Below are positions 56,730-64,000 of a stretch of 64,000 nucleotides of DNA, piece after piece. Numbering within the stretch: the first letter of the stretch is position 1; every line of letters starts with the position of its first letter. The position numbers were made by a program, and so were the translations under genes. Source of the DNA: Lama glama (Eukaryota); assembly GCA_028534125.1 (NCBI GenBank), contig CM052817.1, positions 78,370,001 through 78,434,000 of the forward strand, written 5' to 3'. Under the pieces are notes generated by a model. That model worked only from the letters and a program-made list of their open reading frames with translations. It did no database searches and had not been told where the DNA came from.

Positions 56730-57568
56730 CTAGGCTATTACTCCCAGTCGGGGAATTTTACACTCTTCAGATGCAAAACCAAATGGGCCTTGACCGAGCT
56801 GGGGCCGTTCTCCAAAACAACTTTACAAGTTCTGGGCTGAGAGCAAACTTAGTGCCTAACTACTGAGAACAATCCCTGAGGTCTAGGAAATTTTGGTCCT
56901 TTTCACAACTAAGCTTTGCATCTTTCGATTTTTTTTTCATGCTTGTTTCATTGGGGACCAATAATTATGCTGATTAACGTTCAGAGAAAGGAGGGTGTAC
57001 ACAGCCGGCAAATAATGCATTTCAAGTTAACTCAAACTTTGTCGTGAACAACTGAAGTAATATTTTAATACAATAGCAACTAGTTTTATTATGGTGTCCT
57101 AATCCTTGGGAAATTCTTACACTTCCAAAAATAAGCTATTCCCGAGGCCTCTCTTGCTTTAAAAGTCACCAGACCAATTACAGATTTACAGATTTTCAGA
57201 CGTACAGCAGTGGATTTGGGGGGAGTTGGGGAGGGGGGCAAGGCTGAGATGAGAGGGAAATGCCCAACCAGTGGAATCTGGTGTCATGACAATGTAATAA
57301 CGCCGGAAGTCTTTTAGAGTTTTTAATTAAGTTCGTAGGTGTTGCAGTGGCCCTCAAAAGGAACTTTAAAAGGATGTTTCTTCCTTCTAGAGAAAATGGG
57401 AGTCATTTCTTTTGATAGTCTTGATAATTTTCTTGATAATTAGAATTTTCAAAATTCTAATGAATGTTGAGTTCATTTCTTAGTAACTATATGATGTCCC
57501 AGTAAACATTTGATGTTTCTTATAAACTAGTAATAGTTATTTTATTTTGATAAAATTAAATGCCACAT

Positions 57569-58095
57569 TGTTTAAAAAAAATTCAACTGAAGAAATTTGA
57601 AGATCTTACTGGCTTCATTCAACAATTCATGATTCGAGAGGGGAGGGTATAGCTCAAGTGGTAGAGAGTATGCTCAGCATGTGTAACATTCTGGGTTCAA
57701 TCCCCAGTACCTCCTCTAAAAATAAATAAATAAGTAAACCTAATTACTGCCTTCTCTGCCCCTCCCCCCCAAACTCATGATTCAGACAACATCCAATCTG
57801 GCAGATAGAAGGGAGCTCTGAGGAGCTATACAGAAGGAAAGACTTCTATAGGCAGAAGGGAGCAGAAACTAGTAAGTTATACCGGGCAAAAAAAAGTGGA
57901 TTGCAAGGTTTCTTTCTTTAGGGAATGGCCAGGGTCTGTAGGCACATTAGCTAATTGATGCTGATCAGGCCCTTCCCAACTGGCTGGCGTAAGACTCCAT
58001 TTCTAGGAGAGCGGAAGTTGTAATTAACTCTCAGTTTGGTGATGTAGGCTTAGCATAAGCGGCTCTATTTTGGGCCTGTTGTCTTGTTTTTAACA
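57569..58095 (-). mobile_element. ERV1-class solo LTR (same orientation as PRDM5), interrupted by a SINE
   Basis: Inverted termini tgtttaaaa / tttttaaca and 4-bp flanks acat/acac. The minus strand starts tgttaaaaacaagacaacaggcccaaaat, has TATA-like cctatagaag (57843-57852) and a mutated poly(A) signal aatgaa. Confidence 0.78.
57640..57771 (+). mobile_element. tRNA-Ala-derived SINE (camelid Vic-1-like), long form
   Basis: Same head as the copies at 22945 and 40155. TSD aattcatgattc (57624-57635) / aactcatgattc (57772-57783). Confidence 0.9.
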
Positions 58096-60289
58096 ACACA
58101 ATGTGGAAATGATTCCTTCTTTGGGACTGAGGACAGCTTTGGAATACAAATGGTTCCTTATTTCCTAAGTAGGAGAACTTTATTAAAGTTTAGGGAAAGG
58201 TTTTTTAAAGGTATTACAAAGAGAATCATGTAATAGCCATATACGGAGATTTTAAAGCGTAAATAAATGATCCCTTTTTTTTTTGAAAAATTGAAGGGTA
58301 GCTTTGCCAGGGGTGAGAGGAAAAGTGCCTTAATTATTCTCTGAGTTTTGAAGTATCTATTGAAGATATCTAACTTTCTGTAGGGGGATATGAATTGATA
58401 AATAAACAAAATTTGTTTTGGGGGAATTTGAAGTTAGATGACTTTGAAACACGTAATAGGGGTTCAATAAGTGTCTTGATTAAAAGGCAATTCTGAGGCT
58501 AATCTGAGATTTTCAAGTTAATCAGTGGTAAACCTAGAATTGACTTCTTGTTCCTCAAAGAATCTGGGTTAAGTAGGTTTTCCTGGAATCCTTTAAACCA
58601 GTGCTAACCTGAGGCCCGGCCAGGTCCACTGGGCCCAGCTGGAACCAGACATCAATCCAGAGGGTGACCCATGGCACGGTCCCCAGGGCGCTCCATCCTT
58701 TGTCGCACAGTCTTTCAGCTCTGGCGGTCAAGCCACACTGGCTCCTCAGTCAAACATTCTGCCATGTCTCTCTGGGCACAAAAGTTTCCACAGTTTTTCA
58801 TCACTAGAGAAAAAAAGAAATGTTTTCTGGACTTGGTCTGACCCAAGCCTCATTCACTGATGACCCTTGCTTTGGCATAGCTCCCTTGTGATTGCTGTTA
58901 TGTTTCTGGGGAACAAAGTTGTCAGCTTGAGAATGCTCATCTTTCTGAATGTAGGCATCTTTACTAATTAGGAAACGGTAAAAAAAAAAAAAGTTAGTTT
59001 GTAAAGATAAAACTGAGACTAATAATGAGAAACTTTCCAGATCTTTTATGAATCTTTCCCAGAGGTTTTGTTACAACTAACACAAACAGTATATTTCATT
59101 AAAGCATGCAATGTTCTTTTTATCTATTTGTTAAAGTTTTCAGAAGATCTATGTAAAACATAAAAACCAATAACAAAAAACTCTTAATAATAATCTCTCT
59201 TAGAACGCATAAAAAAGGATACATGTTTGCCAAATCAAAATGCACAATACTGACCGGAAATTTGATTTTGAAGCCTGTAAGACAGTGGTGGTACAATGAG
59301 TCATTTCTTAAAACTTTTAAAGCTAGTAAGTGACCTTTCAATATTGTCTTTGAAAACGGGAAATTAAAAGTCTGCTTTATATCAAGAGTTTAAATCCAGC
59401 CTTAAGAAAACAAGTAAGAGGATCAAAATATTGACATTTAAGTTCTACCATGCACCTGATTTACTTATTCTAGAAAATACTGCACTATCTTAACATAAGA
59501 GAAATGACTCCACATACATTTCTCCTTACTTTCAAATTTGCTTTTGGAGGAAATTTTTTTATTGATGTGCCTAAAGCAAACTCTAGTTATTGAATTCAAA
59601 CTTGTATACTGGTGCAGGCCTTGATTTTTTATTACAAGGGAAGACTTGAATTATAATTCCGCAATAATTAATTATTTTACCACACATACTGTCAAATTCT
59701 TTTGATTGTGTTTTTGTTATTTATGACTGTTTTCAACTGTCATGGTAGAGTAAAACCCCGATAGGAAAAAATAGTGAGGTTTATTTATCTTTAGTTTCCT
59801 GAGAGTCAGAAGGATTTTGTAGTGAATGAATATTAAACTAAGTTTCCTGAGCAGAAAAAAAAAAAAAAGATTTGCTGTGACTCAAAAAAATAAAAAGAAA
59901 TCCTTAAAAAATAAATTCTAGTGTGGGTTGTTGGATTCTTGCTCTGAAACCATCTTACCATAGCACTGATTCTGTAGTAGCAATAGCACCATGAGAAGAT
60001 GACACTGATACCTGAAAAAGCCTACATATTAAATTTTCCTTAATCTCTCGGTTTTGAACAATGACACCAAAGACTTGTATGCAATGCCAGAGGAGAATCA
60101 TAAAATTCTTTAATTAGAAAAAACCTAGAAGTCGTTGCATCTAAAATGAGTGATGTTATAAAAAGAAAAGCCAAAGCTAAAGGATAAATAAGTGGGTATT
60201 TCACCCCAAAAGTCAGTGTTATTCATGGAGCAGGTGTAGAGGGGTAACATGAAGCCGAAGGAAAGTGAGAGGAGGAAGCCAAGAAGGTT

Positions 60290-60520
60290 AATTGTTACCA
60301 TGTACTGAGCCTAGTATACGCCAGAAACTGGACTAGGTTCTTCCTATCCATTATCATAAAGCTCTAACAGCCCTACTATAACAGTCCTGCAAAATAAGTG
60401 TTATTAGCCCCATTTTACATACAAGAGAGAGGTGATTGCTCTTGGTCAATTTCAGGCATCCATGAAGGGGTGGAAGTAAATCAAAGTCAGGACTGGCTGA
60501 TTCCAATGTCCTTGACTTGA
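60290..60520 (-). mobile_element. MIR SINE
   Basis: tactgagcctag..acagtcctg..gttattagccccattttacat, the MIR core in reverse. Confidence 0.65.
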
Positions 60521-62429
60521 TCTCCAGCTGACTCAGGCCGGCCCACTCTCCACTTCCACTTCCCATGAGGCTTAGCAGCACCTCCAGCACAAGCAGAACT
60601 CTTCCATTTTCAATCTCTCTCTCCTTCTTTCGTGTGCACTCTCAATCCCCCTCCAATTCCTCCTGTGGAACTAGGTAGAAAATATATTGGCCAAGGTCAG
60701 TTAAATAGTTGCCCCATGGTCAGATACTCCAGTTTGATCCAACAACTGTATCTAAGAGAAGGCAGAGTCATGTGATTCCCCAGGGATATCTGCTCTGTGG
60801 AGAAGGACTGTGAGATAAGACCCTGCCTGTACAGAAAGTTTCTCTGAATCCATCCGATATTTTGAGGCTTAGCCTATTTATAAACACAGCTTAGCTCATC
60901 TACAAATTTTTAAACCATGGAAATGATAATATTTAAAAGAATCAATAATTAACCAAAAAGCAATGCCAATGCTCTTATGTTTGTCAGAAGCGCTCAATCT
61001 GCTCTATTAGTTTTCTTTTTGTCTTATTGAAACAAAATAGTTACTTCAGAGCTGAGCTATTATTAAAAAGAAGGGGGCGCACCTTCCTAATACACCATTC
61101 CAAATGAGTAAGGAGGAACTTAGTTTAAATGATCATTTTCTATAAACTCTCTGATCCTGTGTATAAGGTAAAAATTATTATATAAGTCTTCCTAATTCTT
61201 TAGCACAGAGGCAAGAACCAAGTTTTCCATAGAAAATGTTATTTCAAATAAACATCACAGTTGAGTGCTGACGTCTTGGTGACCTCTCAATACAAAAGGG
61301 CTCATACGCAACTGCTGATGTAATTCCCTGCTGAATTGGGGTCTCCATAAGGCCTCCTCTCCGCCAACTGTTTCTTCTTATGTTTGGCAGATTGAAGTTT
61401 CACATAGTACTTCATCATCAGAAAGGTAAGTTTCTAACTTCATCCTGTTATATTGAGTGTGCAATCATAACAAATTAATACTGCTTGAAGATCATTAATT
61501 TTAGGATTTATTCTGTTGTTTCCCATTGTAACCAAGTACCATATTAACATATTTTACATATGAAGAATACTATTTTTTATGTGGCCTCATAGGTGAGTTC
61601 AAGAAAATAATGCTCATGAACATTGATTTGCTTTGTTTTAAAGTCTTTGTAATTAGGCAATAAGATATGAATGTCACATTTCTAACACAGCAACAGAATT
61701 TTTCTGTTGCTGAAATAGGTCTGTAGCTCTTAAGCTTTTATATCCAAACCTAACTTGTGAAGTATAGTATTTAAATCATATATGTGACCGAAATAAGAAA
61801 CAATATATTATTCTGAAAGTTACTAATACTGCTTGCCCTGAAGGTAACTTAAATCCTTTGTTATAAGAAACTTGTCAACAAACGGAAAACCAAATTGGAA
61901 GACTTCTGGCTGTGTGACAGGTGTATTCTCTGGAGAAACGATACCAAAAAAATTTTTTTAATAATCAGATATGGCAAAAATAACAGATTCTCTTATACCA
62001 TTGGGTCAAATGTTTCCTCCATGAATTATAATCCAGCCAGCCTTTACACTGCTATTCTCTTTGCCTGAGGAATTCAGTTATTATAAGTCTCTCTTTATAA
62101 AAGGCCACTATGAAGCTGTGAAGAAAAAATTGGCATCTTGCTGGCTCCACAAGTCATCATTTCTGAACATTTCTGCAAAATTTTACCATAAAGAACCTTA
62201 GACCAGAAGGAAGCAAAAAGACTTTAAAAAAATCACACAGACTATGCCAGAGTCTGTGCTGAATTATACAGCCTACCCACAAAAATAGCTTCTGGAAACC
62301 TTTTCTTCCAGACACAACCGCCAAAAGAATGTCCCGCCATTGCTCCTACCGTGGGGAACTCCCTTCTATTAGGAGAGCTTCCCAGTCTCTGTTGGAGGGG
62401 CAAGGAGCCATGGAAACGGCAAGGATTTG

Positions 62430-62612
62430 GGAACTGGGGAGGCTGGAGTTTGAATCACAGATCTGAGAAGTATTAACGTGAGACCATAAGAAGGGTTAGT
62501 AACCACTCTAAAACTCTGTTTCTTTGTCTGCACAATGAAGATGGTGATGCCTTCTTTGCAGAGCCCTGGGCACGAAATAGGTTCAAAATAAATGGAAGTT
62601 ATTATTATTATT
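62430..62612 (+). mobile_element. MIR SINE fragment
   Basis: ctggagtttgaatc..ctctgtttctttgtctgcacaatgaagatg..gttattattatta. Confidence 0.6.
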
Positions 62613-64000
62613 ACATGGTTCAGGACTAAGTTGCACAGCTATACTTCAGTGTTCCTCACCCAGCCATCTGAATTTTTCTATAATTACACAGAAGTGAGTC
62701 TATTGACTTGCACTGTGGCAAATGGCAGTCCCCAGTCATCCTTCCAGGGCAAGAACAATGTCTTTAATATCTGCATAATGCTGGCTATAAGACAATGCTG
62801 CTTCTGCAAAGATAAGCCGTACCCTAAAAATTCCCAATGAAAGCTTGTAGGAAGTGCTTTTCTTCACTGAGCTCATCGATCACCTGTGTCTCTCAAAGGA
62901 GGAGAAAATAAACCTACCAGAAGTTAAACTGTATTAAGCACAGTTCGTCAGTTTGAACTCCTTGATTATACTCCCAATTTATTTAAAACTTCGGAAGCTC
63001 TTCCATTTTTAACTCAAATTATGTGATATCCATTTTTTAAAAATCTTTAAGACTATCATATATTCCTGCAACAATTATTTATAGAACTATGTGCCAAGGA
63101 CCAAGAATAAGCAATACAAGTTACCAGACTTCGCAAATTCAAGAGGGCATGAAAATATTACTGTAACACTGCTCCAGGGCACGATGAGGAGAAAGGAGCC
63201 TATTTAATGTGCTACAGGGGCTGTCGCTGCAGTCCTGTTTCTGCCCTGTTGGAGCAGAGTGAATTCGTAGGGCAATAAACTCTTTCTGACAAGGAGGCTT
63301 CAGCAGCATTTCTGTCACTATCGCCTTTATTTTACCAGCAGAAAAGGAGCGCAGAAACGAAGTCGTCATGTTAGAGACAGAGCATGAGCAAACATCCTGC
63401 AGAGCCTACAGGGAAGAGGAAGGCCTCTTCTGGGCATAACCAGTAACAACTCAGCATTAGCACACCGTGTTCAAGCAAGTGCCCAAGCAAAGAGCAGGCT
63501 CAGCCGCAAAGTTCCTAAAGGTAGAAGTTGATGGGACATCTGAACTGGAAAGAGAGTTGTGAGGAACATTTTCAACGTAATAGACACAGAAGCGAATTCA
63601 CAAGGGCCACACCGGATTAGGAAATGGGAATTCATGGGACAAATACTAGAACCCGACACATCTTGCATCTGTAGTAAATTGTACACGTAGCCCATGATAT
63701 ATTGGTGTGAGGGATACACTGAGGATTGTTCTCATTGAGAGAATGAACACTGTCATCTTAAACAAATCTTTCATTAGGTACTAAAAAAAATTCCTCCATA
63801 ATTCATTACATATCAACGCAGAACTGAATGACCTTCCCCCTGTGCTTTGCCATCAAAAGTCTGATGCCCGGATTAGGCAATGCACAATGAGCAGAATCCC
63901 TCGCAGAATTCTGTCGACAAAGAGCCGAATTTTTTTCTGAGTATGCTCCATTACTCTCCTGTTTAGAAAAAGTGAAATAAGCCAACCCCAAAGAAATAGA

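Noticed and set aside
61070..61084. CTCF-like AGGGGGCGC
   Set aside because: Only the right half of the motif; the CCAC/CCAG half is replaced by an A-run.

Overview
Mammalian genomic DNA, very probably camelid, because three copies of a tRNA-Ala-derived SINE match the camelid Vic-1 type. The window holds the 5' end of PRDM5 on the minus strand. It has a CpG-island promoter with a CCAAT box (~55.75-56.72 kb) and coding exons 1-3 (56264-56172, 37336-37253, 12285-12163). These give 93+84+123 nt = aa 1-100, most of the PR/SET domain, with GT-AG phase-0 introns. Intron 3 runs off the left edge. The rest is intron and upstream DNA full of mammalian repeats (L1, L2, MIR, CR1/L3, ERVL/MaLR/ERV1 solo LTRs, Tigger/MADE/hAT MITEs, microsatellites) plus a 500-N gap at 1423-1922. 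I found no evidence for a wholly new biological system. The best observation is a TSD-bounded L1 insertion that carries a ~235-bp 3' transduction with its own poly(A) signal and tail (1351-2390). Others are a poly(A)-less internal L1 fragment between 15-bp direct repeats, a sense-oriented solo LTR with a nested SINE ~1 kb upstream of the promoter, and two candidate uORFs. Repeat family names come from recalled consensus sequences, not a database search; boundaries without TSDs are approximate.
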